Counted from the first letter of the stretch, positions 9,304-20,420 are shown. The stretch is 64,000 bases of DNA from Ignavibacteriota bacterium (GCA_003327435.1 QOQV01000011.1:2697-66696), one strand, 5' to 3'. Numbers and translations: made by a program. Notes: generated by a model from the sequence alone, not told the origin.

Positions 9304-12135
9304 ATGAGAAACAAAGAGAATAACGAAACAGGAATAAGCAAGCAACCAATCGTCATACGCGGTGCAAGAGTTCATAATTTAAAAAATATTAATTTGACTT
9401 TACCACGAAACTCGTTGATTGTGCTTACAGGGGTAAGTGGTTCGGGTAAATCAAGCCTTGCATTCGATACATTGTATGCTGAAGGTCAGCGCCGCTTCGT
9501 GGAAAGCTTGTCGGCATATGCACGGCAATTTCTTGAAAGAATGGAAAAGCCCGATGTTGACTCAATAGATGGAATAAGTCCAGCAATAGCAATTGAACAG
9601 GTTACAAGCTCAAAAAATCCTCGCTCAACAGTTGGTACTTCAACAGAAGTATATGATTATTTAAGATTGCTTTTTGCACGAATTGGGAAAACATATTGCC
9701 ACTCCTGCGGTAAGATAGTTAAGAAGCAAACAACACAGGATGTCGTCGAACTGTTGGTAAATGAACTCAATAATAATTCAGAAACTCGAATTTATGTTGC
9801 ATACAATTTAAAATTATCAAAAAATATAAAGCAAGAATTGGTGGACTTGAGAAGTAAGGGTTTCATTAGAATATTTGTAAATGGAGAAGTTTTAGATTTA
9901 AGTGAGCAATTACCAACACAAAAAATATTATTGAACAGCAAAAAACAACAGATATATGTAATCGTTGACAGATTAATTTTTTCTAAGAATGTTGATCTTA
10001 CAAGACTAAAAGATTCTATTGAAGCCGCTTTCAGGAATGGGAATCAAAGAGCAGCAATTATAATGGTTGATGAAAGCAGAGTGTTAAATTTTAGCCAGCT
10101 TTTTGAATGTGCAGATTGTAACATTAAATATGAAGAACCGGATCCAAAACTTTTTTCATTCAGCAGCCCTTATGGTGCCTGCCATGCCTGTCAGGGCTTC
10201 GGTAGAACAATTGATATTGATTTAAATCTTGTAATACCTGATAAGTCCAAAACCCTAAGGGAAGGAGCAATTCAACCATGGACTACCCCAAAATGGAAAA
10301 TATATTTTGAAAATTTAATTGATGTAGCCAATGATGCAAAAATTAGATTAGATGTTCCATTTGAAGAATTATCAGAAGATGAAGTTGAGAAGTTACTAAA
10401 CGGTTGGGGAAAATTTGATGGGATATACGGGTTTTTTAAATATATTGAGAGCAAATCATATAAAGTGCACTACAGATATTTGTTAAGTCGGTATCGGGGA
10501 TATACCACGTGCTCAAAATGTAAGGGTTCAAGGTTAAGAAGTGAAGCATTAAATATTAAAATCGCAGGAAAGACAATCTTTGATCTTGCCAGAATGTCTA
10601 TCGATGATTTAAAAACATTTTTTGAAAAAATAGAATTGAGTGAGTATGAGATTAAGGTATCAGAAAGGATTCTTAAAGAGATTAGAAAACGGCTAACTTA
10701 TTTATCTGAAATTGGTATTGGATACCTTAAACTCGACAGATTATCCAGCACATTATCGGGAGGTGAAACTCAACGACTTAATCTTGCAACATCTCTGGGT
10801 TCAACACTGGTTGGAGCTTTATATGTGCTTGATGAACCAAGTATTGGACTGCACCCAAGAGATAATTCAAAACTAATAAATATTCTTAAATCCCTGCGAG
10901 ATGCTGGTAATACAGTTGTTGTTGTCGAACACGATGCTGATATGATGAGAGCAGCTGATCAAATTGTAGACCTTGGACCTGGTGCAGGCAAAAACGGTGG
11001 AGAAGTTATATTCCAGGGAACTTACGAAGAAATCCTGAAAAGCAACAAATCGCTTACCGGGAAATACTTAAGTGGAAAACTAAAAATACCTTTACCCGAA
11101 TTACGCCGTGAAATGAACACAAAAAAAATAAAGATAAAAGGTGCAACTGCCAACAACATCAAAAACCTTGATATTGATATTCCGCTGAACCGATTCGTTT
11201 GTATAACTGGAGTAAGCGGTTCAGGTAAAAGCACACTTGTAATGGAAATATTATATCCTGCAATCAAAAAACTCAAGGAATCAGAAAGAATTGAAAATGT
11301 TTCATTCACAAATCTGAAATCAATTGAAGGATATGATGAGATTGACGGAGTTGAATTGATTGATCAATCACCAATTGGACGCACGCCGCGTTCCAATCCA
11401 GTTACATATATTAAAGTATTTGATCACATAAGAAATTTATTTGCAAGTACACAATCGGCAAAAATAAGAGGTTACACACCTGGAAGTTTTTCATTCAATG
11501 TACCAGCAGGCAGGTGCGATGCCTGTGAAGGAAGCGGCATACAAATTATTGAGATGCAATTTCTTGCTGATTTGCAACTCACGTGCGAGGTCTGCAAAGG
11601 AAAAAGATTTAAAAAAGAAATTCTTGAGATCAAGCTTTTTGGAAAGAACATTGATGATGTGCTCAATATGACGGTTAATGAAGCAATAACCTTCTTTCAG
11701 AGCATACCATCTGGGAAGAAGATCGCCCGGCAATTAAAAATTTTAGATGATGTAGGATTAAGCTATCTGCGACTTGGGCAATCAGCAACCACACTTTCAG
11801 GTGGAGAAGCACAACGTATCAAACTTGCTGCACACCTTCAATTTAAAGACAATGGAGGAAAAAAGCTTTTCATCTTTGACGAACCAACAACTGGATTACA
11901 CTTTGACGACATAGCAAAACTTTTAAACTGTTTCAATAGATTAATTAATGAAGGTCACTCAGTTTTAATCATCGAGCATAATATGGATGTTATCAAATGT
12001 GCTGATTGGATAATTGATCTTGGACCTGAAGCAGGCGATAGAGGAGGGAAAATTGTCGCAACTGGAACACCTGAGGAAGTCATAAAAAATATACTATCTC
12101 ACACCGGAAAATATCTAAAACAATATTTACAATAA
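9304..12135 (+). CDS. uvrA: excinuclease ABC subunit A
   Basis: Two ABC ATPase modules (GVSGSGKSSLAFDTLYAEGQRR and a second GVSGSGKST), two LSGGE signatures and Cys-rich zinc modules. I prefer the ATG at 9304 (MRNKENN...) over the TTG at 9259 given in the ORF track. Confidence 0.95.
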   Translation: MRNKENNETGISKQPIVIRGARVHNLKNINLTLPRNSLIVLTGVSGSGKSSLAFDTLYAEGQRRFVESLSAYARQFLERMEKPDVDSIDGISPAIAIEQVTSSKNPRSTVGTSTEVYDYLRLLFARIGKTYCHSCGKIVKKQTTQDVVELLVNELNNNSETRIYVAYNLKLSKNIKQELVDLRSKGFIRIFVNGEVLDLSEQLPTQKILLNSKKQQIYVIVDRLIFSKNVDLTRLKDSIEAAFRNGNQRAAIIMVDESRVLNFSQLFECADCNIKYEEPDPKLFSFSSPYGACHACQGFGRTIDIDLNLVIPDKSKTLREGAIQPWTTPKWKIYFENLIDVANDAKIRLDVPFEELSEDEVEKLLNGWGKFDGIYGFFKYIESKSYKVHYRYLLSRYRGYTTCSKCKGSRLRSEALNIKIAGKTIFDLARMSIDDLKTFFEKIELSEYEIKVSERILKEIRKRLTYLSEIGIGYLKLDRLSSTLSGGETQRLNLATSLGSTLVGALYVLDEPSIGLHPRDNSKLINILKSLRDAGNTVVVVEHDADMMRAADQIVDLGPGAGKNGGEVIFQGTYEEILKSNKSLTGKYLSGKLKIPLPELRREMNTKKIKIKGATANNIKNLDIDIPLNRFVCITGVSGSGKSTLVMEILYPAIKKLKESERIENVSFTNLKSIEGYDEIDGVELIDQSPIGRTPRSNPVTYIKVFDHIRNLFASTQSAKIRGYTPGSFSFNVPAGRCDACEGSGIQIIEMQFLADLQLTCEVCKGKRFKKEILEIKLFGKNIDDVLNMTVNEAITFFQSIPSGKKIARQLKILDDVGLSYLRLGQSATTLSGGEAQRIKLAAHLQFKDNGGKKLFIFDEPTTGLHFDDIAKLLNCFNRLINEGHSVLIIEHNMDVIKCADWIIDLGPEAGDRGGKIVATGTPEEVIKNILSHTGKYLKQYLQ

Positions 12136-12204
12136 AGTCAAATTTGTTTTAACAATTACTATCTCTATATTAATACGTAAGTTTAACAAAAAAAGGGTCT
12201 AGTT

Positions 12205-12597
12205 ATGTCGTTATTTAAAGAATTTAAAGCTTTTGCTATGAAGGGAAATGTTATTGATATGGCTGTAGGTATTATCATTGGAGTTGCATTCGGAAAAATT
12301 GTTAGTTCTCTTGTTAATGATGTTATTATGCCACCAATTGGTTTGCTTATGGGTGGGGTTGATTTTAGCGATCTTGCAATAACCTTAAAGAGTGCCTCCG
12401 AGGGTAGTCCAGCTGTCATGATTAAGTATGGAGTTTTTATTAACACCGTCGTTGATTTTCTGATAGTCGCCTTCTGTATTTTCTTAATAATCAAAGTAAT
12501 CAACAAATTTAAGAAAACTGAACCACCAGAACCACCAAAACCTTCCAAGGAAGTTGAATTGTTAACAGAAATTCGTGATGCTCTGAAACAAAAATAA
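12205..12597 (+). CDS. mscL: large-conductance mechanosensitive channel
   Basis: 130 aa. The N-terminus [46 protein letters not shown] is the classic MscL N-terminus. Confidence 0.95.
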   Translation: MSLFKEFKAFAMKGNVIDMAVGIIIGVAFGKIVSSLVNDVIMPPIGLLMGGVDFSDLAITLKSASEGSPAVMIKYGVFINTVVDFLIVAFCIFLIIKVINKFKKTEPPEPPKPSKEVELLTEIRDALKQK

Positions 12598-12625
12598 TTC
12601 TATCAACAAATTAAGGAGATTTAAA

Positions 12626-14119
12626 ATGAAAAATTTAATTAATACTTGTATTCTCGGAGTAATTTTTTTATTACTCATGAACAATCAAATTTTTGCACAG
12701 GATTCTGAAAATCCTTTAGCAGTTGGTTTTCAGTTACATGGATTATTACCATTGAATGAATTCACCTATGATGATGGGATCAAGTTTAACCATGGTTTGA
12801 AAACATCATACATTGTCAACAATATATGGCGTTATTATTTAAGTCCCAATCTTCAAAGCGAATTTAGTATAGGATTTGGAAAATATGCTGGACTCGATGA
12901 CGATGGATATTATTACGGAACAAATATCATCCCAATCGATGCTAAACTACTATTAAATATTTTTAAAAAAGAAAATACAAATACTTATCTTTATGCCGGA
13001 ATAGGGGCATTAAATTATTCAGTAAAATTTCCCCCAATGGTTCCATCACCGAAATCAATAGATAAAAAAGGATGGACCTTACTTTTTCCGGTTGGAATTG
13101 GCATAACTCAAAAATTAAATGATTATTTGAGTTTAGATTTCAAGCTTGGTGGTGCTTACACAAATACTGACAATCTCAACTATTATAAACTTGGAGATCC
13201 ACGAGATGCTTATTTAAACCTTGGTATTGGAATAATCTTTACCAGAAGTGATGAGAATACAGATAAAGACAACGATGGATTAACTAAAAAGGAGGAGAAA
13301 TCAATTGGTACGGATCCTAATAATCCAGATACAGACGGTGATGGTTTAAATGATGGTGAGGAAATTAATAAATACAAAACTAATCCATTGAACAAAGATT
13401 CTGATAAAGATGGACTTAAAGATGGTGAAGAAGTAACAAAATACAAAACAGATCCACTTCAAGCCGATACAGATAATGATGGACTACAAGATGGAGATGA
13501 AGTAAACAAATATCGGACAGATCCTTTGGTTTCAGATACTGATAAAGATGGATTAAAAGATGGTGAAGAAGTTACAAAATACAGAACAGACCCATTAGTT
13601 TCAGATACTGACAATGATGGATTAAAAGACGGCGAGGAAGTGACAATACACAAAACTGACCCATTAAAATCAGACACAGACGGAGGTTCAGTAAGCGATG
13701 GGAATGAAGTTGCAAACAAAACAAATCCATTGGATCCGAAAGACGATGTAAAGAAAGAAGAAATAAAAGTCGAACCAGGTAAAGCAATAGTACTTGAGGG
13801 CATAGTTTTCAAAACTGGTAGTGCAGAAATCACTCCCGAGTCAGAAGAAATTTTAGAAAAAGCATATAACACATTGTCACAAAATCCAGAAATCGAAGTT
13901 GAAATACATGGACATACAGATGACATTGGTAAGTCAACATATAACATGAAGCTTTCTCAAAGAAGAGCTGATTCAGTAAAAGAATATTTGGTTCAAAAAG
14001 GAATAGATCCTGCTAGAATAAAAACAAAAGGCTTTGGTTCCACCAAGCCGATTGTACCAAATGACTCCCCAGAGAATCGTCAAAAAAATCGCAGAATCGA
14101 GTTCTATAGAGTTAAATGA
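12626..14119 (+). CDS. OmpA-family outer-membrane protein with thrombospondin type-3 (TSP3) Ca-binding repeats
   Basis: It has a signal peptide, an N-terminal beta-barrel-like region, about 7 DxDxDGxxDxxE repeats, and a C-terminal OmpA-like peptidoglycan-binding domain (GHTDDIGKSTYNMKLSQRRADSV ... NRRIEF). Confidence 0.9.
   Translation: MKNLINTCILGVIFLLLMNNQIFAQDSENPLAVGFQLHGLLPLNEFTYDDGIKFNHGLKTSYIVNNIWRYYLSPNLQSEFSIGFGKYAGLDDDGYYYGTNIIPIDAKLLLNIFKKENTNTYLYAGIGALNYSVKFPPMVPSPKSIDKKGWTLLFPVGIGITQKLNDYLSLDFKLGGAYTNTDNLNYYKLGDPRDAYLNLGIGIIFTRSDENTDKDNDGLTKKEEKSIGTDPNNPDTDGDGLNDGEEINKYKTNPLNKDSDKDGLKDGEEVTKYKTDPLQADTDNDGLQDGDEVNKYRTDPLVSDTDKDGLKDGEEVTKYRTDPLVSDTDNDGLKDGEEVTIHKTDPLKSDTDGGSVSDGNEVANKTNPLDPKDDVKKEEIKVEPGKAIVLEGIVFKTGSAEITPESEEILEKAYNTLSQNPEIEVEIHGHTDDIGKSTYNMKLSQRRADSVKEYLVQKGIDPARIKTKGFGSTKPIVPNDSPENRQKNRRIEFYRVK
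13259..13741 (+). repeat. intragenic tandem repeat, about 7 units of 69 nt (23 aa TSP3 units)
   Basis: Repeat units are DTDGDGLNDGEEINKYKTNPLNK, DSDKDGLKDGEEVTKYKTDPLQA, DTDNDGLQDGDEVNKYRTDPLVS, DTDKDGLKDGEEVTKYRTDPLVS, DTDNDGLKDGEEVTIHKTDPLKS and DTDGGSVSDGNEVANKTNPLDPK, plus a degenerate first unit. Confidence 0.85.
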
Positions 14120-14149
14120 TTAAATAATTATTTCCCAAATTTTCAAAAA

Positions 14150-14180
14150 CCCTCGCAAAAGCAATGCGAGGGTTTTTTAT
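14150..14180 (+). terminator. rho-independent terminator after the OmpA-family gene
   Basis: Stem CCCTCGCA (14150-14157), loop AAAGCAA, stem TGCGAGGG (14165-14172), followed by TTTTTTATTTT. Confidence 0.7.
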
Positions 14181-14266
14181 TTTGCTTTAAAAATTTGCTT
14201 TTTAAATCTATTTTTATTATTTTCAAACAATCAATTTTAAAAGTTGAATAATAGAAAGGTATAAAA

Positions 14267-14878
14267 TTGCAAGAAAATGCAGAAATAACGCAAGATTTAA
14301 AGAAAAAGCAGATACTTGAAGCTGCCAAGCAGGTATTTGGAAAGTATGGTTTCAGCAAAACCACACTCGACGATGTCGCTACTGCTGTTGGAATGAAAAA
14401 AGCATCACTCTATTATTACTATAGCAGTAAGGAAGATTTATTTCGTGATGTGGTCAAATCTGAAACAGATGAGCTGATTCGTGAACTTGAAACAAATATC
14501 TTCAAACTTAATTCTATATCAGAACAACTTAAAAGCTTCGTGAAAATTCGTATTGACTATTTAAATCGACTTATCAATCTTCACAATCTTGCCGCTTCAA
14601 TTATAATTGAGGTTAGACCAATCTGCGAAAATCTATACAGGGAATTTTCCGAAAAGCAGGTTGAAATTGTCTCCAGAATTTTATCCGATGGAATTAAGAA
14701 CAATTATATCCGCAATTTAGATGTCAACCGTACAGCAAAACTTTTCATCCTGGCAGTTGAATCTATAACTATGCGCGATATCTGGAAAAGCAAATTCACT
14801 GCCGACATAGATTATAAAACCATCGAAGATGATTCACTATTTTTAACAGAACTTATTATTAACGGATTAAAAAAATAA
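14267..14878 (+). CDS. TetR/AcrR family transcriptional regulator
   Basis: 203 aa. The N-terminal HTH ILEAAKQVFGKYGFSKTTLDDVATAVGMKKASLYYYYSSKEDLF is typical of TetR. It lies immediately upstream of an efflux operon. The start is a TTG and is uncertain. Confidence 0.85.
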   Translation: MQENAEITQDLKKKQILEAAKQVFGKYGFSKTTLDDVATAVGMKKASLYYYYSSKEDLFRDVVKSETDELIRELETNIFKLNSISEQLKSFVKIRIDYLNRLINLHNLAASIIIEVRPICENLYREFSEKQVEIVSRILSDGIKNNYIRNLDVNRTAKLFILAVESITMRDIWKSKFTADIDYKTIEDDSLFLTELIINGLKK

Positions 14879-14889
14879 CGGAGGGTAAA

Positions 14890-16230
14890 GTGCTCAACAT
14901 CCAATCAATAAAAAAACTATTTTTTTTAACAATCCTGTTCTTAAATTTTTCAATATCACAACAAGAAAGAAAAATAAATCTTGAAACAGCTATTGAACTG
15001 GCTCTTACTCAAAATAAAAATTTAAGAATTGCACAGATGGAGATTGATAAAAGTTATTCCAAGTTAACCGAAACGCGCAGCAACTTACTCCCAAAGATAA
15101 ACGCGAACGGCCAATACACAAACAACATAAAAAAACCAGTAATATTCCTACCACCAGGTACACCGTTTAGCAGACCAGGTCAATCAGCAGTTCTCGAGAT
15201 TGGTTCTGATCATGCATATACTGGTACAATTTCAGCTTCACTTCCAATCTTCTCATTTCCAATTTATGTTAGTTTATCTGTAGCTTCCACTGGAATCGAC
15301 CTTGCACAGGAAAGTTTCAGAGGTACTCAACTAAAAACAGTCGCTGATGTGAAAAGGGCTTTCTACGGTGTTTTACTTGCTCGCGAAGTTAAAAACTTAA
15401 TGCTGGCAAGTTTAAAAAATGCAAATGATAATTTAGAGAATGTCCGAAAAATGCAGAAACAAGGTTTGGTTTCAGAATATGATTTAATTCGGGCAGAAGT
15501 TCAGGTTGAAAATTTAAAGCCAGTAGCACTACAGGCAGAAAACAACTACGAGCTTGCAAAGAATTCACTTAAAATTGCTCTCGGCTTGGATGCCTCCGAA
15601 AATATCGATATCGAAGGTGAACTAAATTTTGAACAACTTGCAACACCCGATTTAAATCAAACTCTTAAATTACTTGAACAGAACAATTCAGACCTCAAAC
15701 AAATAAATTTACAAGTTCAAATGGCAAAATCTATGATAAACCTTGAACGCAGTGCTCACCTGCCGATACTGGCTGCATTTGGTAACTATCAATATCAAAC
15801 TCAAGCCAATGACTTGAAATTCAAAGATTACAACTGGGTAAATACACAATTTTGGGGGTTACAATTGCAAATTCCCATCTTTAACGGTTTTGGAACCCAG
15901 GCAAAAGTAGACCAAGCACAAATTTCCTATCAACAGGCACTTGAAAGGCAAAATCTTCTGACCGAATCGATGAAGATTCAAGCACAAAATGTCCTGTATA
16001 GAATTGAACAGGCAAAGAAAAGAATTCTTGGACAGGACAAAGCAGTTGCACAAGCCGAAAAAGGTTACGAAATTGCAAAATCCCGTTATGCAAACGGACT
16101 CGGAACACAACTCGAAGTAAACGATGCAGAACTTGCACTTACTCAATCAAAAGTAAATTACATTCAGGCAGTATACGACTACAATACTGCATTAGTAGAA
16201 TTAGAACAGTTAATTGGAAAATCAAAATAA
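14890..16230 (+). CDS. TolC-family outer-membrane efflux protein
   Basis: 446 aa with a signal peptide and two TolC-like coiled-coil repeats (e.g. YDLIRAEVQVENLK, LEVNDAELALTQSKVNY). The GTG start is preceded by GGAGGG. Confidence 0.9.
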   Translation: MLNIQSIKKLFFLTILFLNFSISQQERKINLETAIELALTQNKNLRIAQMEIDKSYSKLTETRSNLLPKINANGQYTNNIKKPVIFLPPGTPFSRPGQSAVLEIGSDHAYTGTISASLPIFSFPIYVSLSVASTGIDLAQESFRGTQLKTVADVKRAFYGVLLAREVKNLMLASLKNANDNLENVRKMQKQGLVSEYDLIRAEVQVENLKPVALQAENNYELAKNSLKIALGLDASENIDIEGELNFEQLATPDLNQTLKLLEQNNSDLKQINLQVQMAKSMINLERSAHLPILAAFGNYQYQTQANDLKFKDYNWVNTQFWGLQLQIPIFNGFGTQAKVDQAQISYQQALERQNLLTESMKIQAQNVLYRIEQAKKRILGQDKAVAQAEKGYEIAKSRYANGLGTQLEVNDAELALTQSKVNYIQAVYDYNTALVELEQLIGKSK

Positions 16231-16240
16231 AGGAAGAAAT

Positions 16241-17278
16241 ATGAAACACTCAAATCTAATAATAGCAATCCTAATTATATCATTTATCCTAATTGGATGC
16301 GGAAGTAAAACTCAAAATACAAATAATGATCCTGAAATAATTTCAATTGAAACCACCCCAGTGAAGGTTATGAAAATTGAGCGTACGCTTGATTTTTCTG
16401 GGACAATCATGGCATGGCGCGAAGCAAACCTTGGCGCTCAAACTCCTGGAAGAATCGAAAAAATTTATGTTAAAGAAGGTGACGAAGTTAAAGAAGGCGA
16501 TTTGCTTGTACAAATGGACGATGCACAACTAACTCAAGCAAGGATTCAATACGAAATTTCCAGACAGGATTATGAGCGAATGAAGCCACTTTTTGACGAG
16601 GGCTCAATATCTCAGCAGCAATTCGATAAAGTCAAAGCAGGATATGAAACAGCAAAATCAGCATATGAATTGATACTTCGCAACACGCAGTTGCGTGCAC
16701 CATTTTCTGGAATCGTAACTGCAAAAAGGATGAATGAAGGTGAAGTCTTTATTCTTGCACCAAGTGCGCAGGGTGCACCCTCTATCATCAATCTTATGCA
16801 AATAGATTTCTTAAAAGTACTTGTGAATGTACCTGAAAGCGATTTCCCTCAGGTGCGTTTAAATCAAAGCGCAAAAATAGAAGTTGATATTTATCCTGAA
16901 AAAGTATTTACAGGCACAGTATCGAGAGTTGATCCAGCAATAAACCCAGTTACCAGAACTTTTACAGTGGAAATCAAAATTCCCAACAGTAATAAGATAT
17001 TGCGACCTGGAATGTTTGCACGCGTAAAAATAAAAACAGGAGAAGTTGAAGCGATATTTGTTCCAAGAAGTGCTCTAATCAAACAACTTGGTTCAAACAT
17101 TTTTTATGTTTATATCGCTGAGAACAACACAGCAAAACGCAGAGATGTAAATTTAGGACTCGAGCTAAATGAATGGGTAGAAATTAAATCAGGTTTAAAT
17201 CCAGAAGATCAACTCATAATTAAAGGTCTTGGTAGATTAAAAAACGGTTCACCAGTTAAAATTGTTAGTAGTAATTAA
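16241..17278 (+). CDS. efflux RND transporter periplasmic adaptor (membrane fusion protein), lipoprotein
   Basis: Lipobox LIGC, a biotinyl-lipoyl-like motif (VKEGDEVKEGDLLVQMDD) and RAPFSGIVTAK. I prefer the ATG at 16241 (RBS AAGGAAG) over the track start at 16214. Confidence 0.9.
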   Translation: MKHSNLIIAILIISFILIGCGSKTQNTNNDPEIISIETTPVKVMKIERTLDFSGTIMAWREANLGAQTPGRIEKIYVKEGDEVKEGDLLVQMDDAQLTQARIQYEISRQDYERMKPLFDEGSISQQQFDKVKAGYETAKSAYELILRNTQLRAPFSGIVTAKRMNEGEVFILAPSAQGAPSIINLMQIDFLKVLVNVPESDFPQVRLNQSAKIEVDIYPEKVFTGTVSRVDPAINPVTRTFTVEIKIPNSNKILRPGMFARVKIKTGEVEAIFVPRSALIKQLGSNIFYVYIAENNTAKRRDVNLGLELNEWVEIKSGLNPEDQLIIKGLGRLKNGSPVKIVSSN

Positions 17279-17293
17279 TGGAGGCCATATAAA

Positions 17294-20200
17294 ATGAATT
17301 TACCAAAAACGTTCGTCCGCCGTCCTGTAACTACTGTAATGGTGTTTTTAGGACTTCTTATTGTTGGTTTGTTTGCATTGGTACAACTCCCAATTGATTT
17401 TTTCCCTGAAATCGAACCACCAATAGTAAGTGTATTAACGCTTTATCCAGGTGCAGGCGCCCAAGATGTTGAACAAAATGTTACCAAAATTATAGAAGCA
17501 AGCCTTGGAACAGTAAGTGAGCTTAAAAAAATTACCTCCACTTCAATGGATAATGTTTCCGTTGTTGCTCTCGAATTTGAATGGGGTACTAACCTTGATG
17601 AAGCATCAAACAATGTAAGAGATGCTCTCGAGTTTGCTAAACGCAGCTTGCCTTCCGAAGCGGAAAAACCAATGATTTTCAAATTCAGCACAAGCTGGTT
17701 TCCAGTCATGTTTTTATCTGCAACTGCAGAAGAAAATTACCCAGGCTTAAATAAACTCATAGAACAAAAGGTCGCAGACCCATTAAAACGAGTTCCCGGC
17801 GTTGGAACAGTTCTGATGTTTGGTGGACCCATTCGACAAATTCAGATTAACATCGATCCCAAGCGACTTGAAGCTTACAATTTGAACATACAGCGAATTG
17901 GGCAGGTATTGCAAGCTGAGAACTTAACCTTGCCAGCAGGTTCAATTAAAATGGATCGAATGGAATACAACATACGAGTTCCGGGAGAATTTAAAGATGC
18001 TGAACAAATTGCAAACATAGTTATAGCAAAATCTCCAACCGGCTCAGGACTTGTTTATTTAAAAGATGTTGCTGAAGTTAAAGATACTCTAAAGGAAAGA
18101 ACAATTAATGTAAGGTTAAATGGAGGTAGAGGACTTCAACTTATAGTACAAAAACAATCCGGTGCCAATACGGTTGCAGTTGCATCTGCAGTAAAGAAAG
18201 AGTTGGAAAAACTCAGAAAAGATTTACCCTCAGATGTTAAACTTGAACAAATTTTCGACGGTTCTACATTTATCGTAAACTCAATTAACAATTTATCAGA
18301 AGCTATTATTCTTGGTGGATTCTTCGTATCACTTGTAGTGCTTATTTTCTTGAGACAATGGAAAGCTACCTTCATTATTATTCTTACAATACCTTTTTCA
18401 TTAATTGTTGCATTCATTTTCCTTTACATCACTAAGAATACAATTAACATAATTTCTCTTTCCTCTCTTTCGATAGCAATTGGAATGGTTGTGGATGATG
18501 CTATCGTCATTCTTGAAAACATAACTCGCCATGTAGAAAGAGGAGCCCGGCCCCGTGAAGCATCAGTTTTTGGTGCAACCGAAGTTGGCCTTGCTGTCAC
18601 AGCATCTACTCTAACAATTGTTGCAGTATTTCTCCCACTAACATTCCTAACTGGTATAGCTGGAATAATGTTTAAACAGCTTGGATATCTCGTAACAATT
18701 ATGATACTAACCTCACTTTTCGCATCACTGACACTTATTCCTATGTTATCGTCAAGGTGGTTAAAATCTAAAAAAGAGGAAATGCACACCCATAAGAAGT
18801 TTCAAAAATTTTACGATAAGAGTGAAAAGTTGTTTTCAGCTATTGAAGAATTTTATGGAAAGTCCCTTAATTATGCACTCAACCATAGAAAATTGGTTCT
18901 GATTAGTGGGGCTCTAATATTTATAATAGTAATTGGCTTATTTCCATTCTTTGGCAAAGGAACGGAATTTATGCCAAAAAGTGATGAATCACAAATTCAG
19001 ATTTATGTTGAGTTACAAACTGGTTATAACTTAGATGAGACCATCGAAACAGCCAAGAAAGTAGAAGCAATAATCCAGAAAGAAGCACCAGAAATTTCTT
19101 TTATGGCTGTTAGAGCTGGCGTGAATGATCAGGGATTTTCTTCAGCCCTATTTGGGCAAAAAGAAGGTCTACATATGTTTAATGTTCAGACCCGACTGAA
19201 AAGGAAGCACGAGCGACAAAGGAGTGTATTCGAAATTGCCGATACTCTCAGGAGTAAATTGAAACCAATACCGGAAATTACACAACTAACAATTCTAACA
19301 TCTTCTACAATGTTTGGAGCTACGAAGCCATTCGCTATCGATATTATAGGACATGATTTTACAACTACAACAAAACTTGCAAATCAAATTAAAGAAATAG
19401 TTAAGAACACTCCAGGCACAAGAGATGTTGATATTAGTCGAAGTCCAGAAAGAGCTGAGTTGCAGGTTATTCTTAACAGGGATAAACTTGCAACTATTGG
19501 TTTGAACACTGCTACAGTTGCTAATGCTATTCGCAATAGTTTTTACGGTTTGACTCCCACTCGCTATCGTGAAGCAGGAGACGAATATGACATTTTCATC
19601 CGTTATGATCAAAAATACAGAAGACAAATTTCTGAATTAGAAAATATTCCTATCAGTACAATGACAGGACAAATCGTCAAACTTAAAGATGTTGCAAAAA
19701 TTGTAGAACAATTTTCACCTCCCGATATACAGAGAAAAAATCAAGAAAGGGTTGTTACGGTGACTGCAAATACAGAAGGCAGGTCATTAGGAGATATTAC
19801 TAACGATGTAAAAGCCGCAATCTCAAAACTCGAGATACCCCAGGGCGTTAGTTTAGAATACGGTGGTCAAATTGAGCAACAACAGGATACATTCAGAGAT
19901 CTTTTGCTTTTTATGATTTTGGGAATCTTTTTAGTGTATATAGTTATGGCTTCTCAATTTGAATCTTTTCTGGATCCATTTATCATTATGTTTTCTGTAC
20001 CTTTCTCTTTCGTGGGTGTATTTCTTGCACTTCTGATTACTGGTTTTACATTTAGTGTAATAGCATTTTTAGGAGCTGTGTTACTGATCGGTATCGTGGT
20101 AAAAAATGCAATAGTATTAATCGATTATATAAATATTACTCGTGCAAGAGGTTATGAATTAAGAGATGCTATTGTACATTCTGGGAAGAACAGATTAAGA

Positions 20201-20401
20201 CCAGTATTAATGACAACAATCACAACTTTACTGGGAATGTTACCGCTTGCACTCAGTACTGGTGAAGGTTCCGAAACCTGGAATCCTCTTGGAATTACTG
20301 TTATCGGTGGACTTACAGTTTCCACAATAATCACTCTAATTTTTGTACCGGTTATATATTCACTCTTCAGAAAAAAACTCTGGATTAAACAAGTAGATTA
20401 A
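17294..20401 (+). CDS. RND efflux transporter permease (AcrB/HAE family)
   Basis: 1035 aa with 12-TM RND architecture and conserved motifs such as GMVVDDAIVILENI and VVKNAIVLIDY. Confidence 0.95.
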   Translation: MNLPKTFVRRPVTTVMVFLGLLIVGLFALVQLPIDFFPEIEPPIVSVLTLYPGAGAQDVEQNVTKIIEASLGTVSELKKITSTSMDNVSVVALEFEWGTNLDEASNNVRDALEFAKRSLPSEAEKPMIFKFSTSWFPVMFLSATAEENYPGLNKLIEQKVADPLKRVPGVGTVLMFGGPIRQIQINIDPKRLEAYNLNIQRIGQVLQAENLTLPAGSIKMDRMEYNIRVPGEFKDAEQIANIVIAKSPTGSGLVYLKDVAEVKDTLKERTINVRLNGGRGLQLIVQKQSGANTVAVASAVKKELEKLRKDLPSDVKLEQIFDGSTFIVNSINNLSEAIILGGFFVSLVVLIFLRQWKATFIIILTIPFSLIVAFIFLYITKNTINIISLSSLSIAIGMVVDDAIVILENITRHVERGARPREASVFGATEVGLAVTASTLTIVAVFLPLTFLTGIAGIMFKQLGYLVTIMILTSLFASLTLIPMLSSRWLKSKKEEMHTHKKFQKFYDKSEKLFSAIEEFYGKSLNYALNHRKLVLISGALIFIIVIGLFPFFGKGTEFMPKSDESQIQIYVELQTGYNLDETIETAKKVEAIIQKEAPEISFMAVRAGVNDQGFSSALFGQKEGLHMFNVQTRLKRKHERQRSVFEIADTLRSKLKPIPEITQLTILTSSTMFGATKPFAIDIIGHDFTTTTKLANQIKEIVKNTPGTRDVDISRSPERAELQVILNRDKLATIGLNTATVANAIRNSFYGLTPTRYREAGDEYDIFIRYDQKYRRQISELENIPISTMTGQIVKLKDVAKIVEQFSPPDIQRKNQERVVTVTANTEGRSLGDITNDVKAAISKLEIPQGVSLEYGGQIEQQQDTFRDLLLFMILGIFLVYIVMASQFESFLDPFIIMFSVPFSFVGVFLALLITGFTFSVIAFLGAVLLIGIVVKNAIVLIDYINITRARGYELRDAIVHSGKNRLRPVLMTTITTLLGMLPLALSTGEGSETWNPLGITVIGGLTVSTIITLIFVPVIYSLFRKKLWIKQVD

Positions 20402-20420
20402 TAGATAGAAAGGAATAAAA

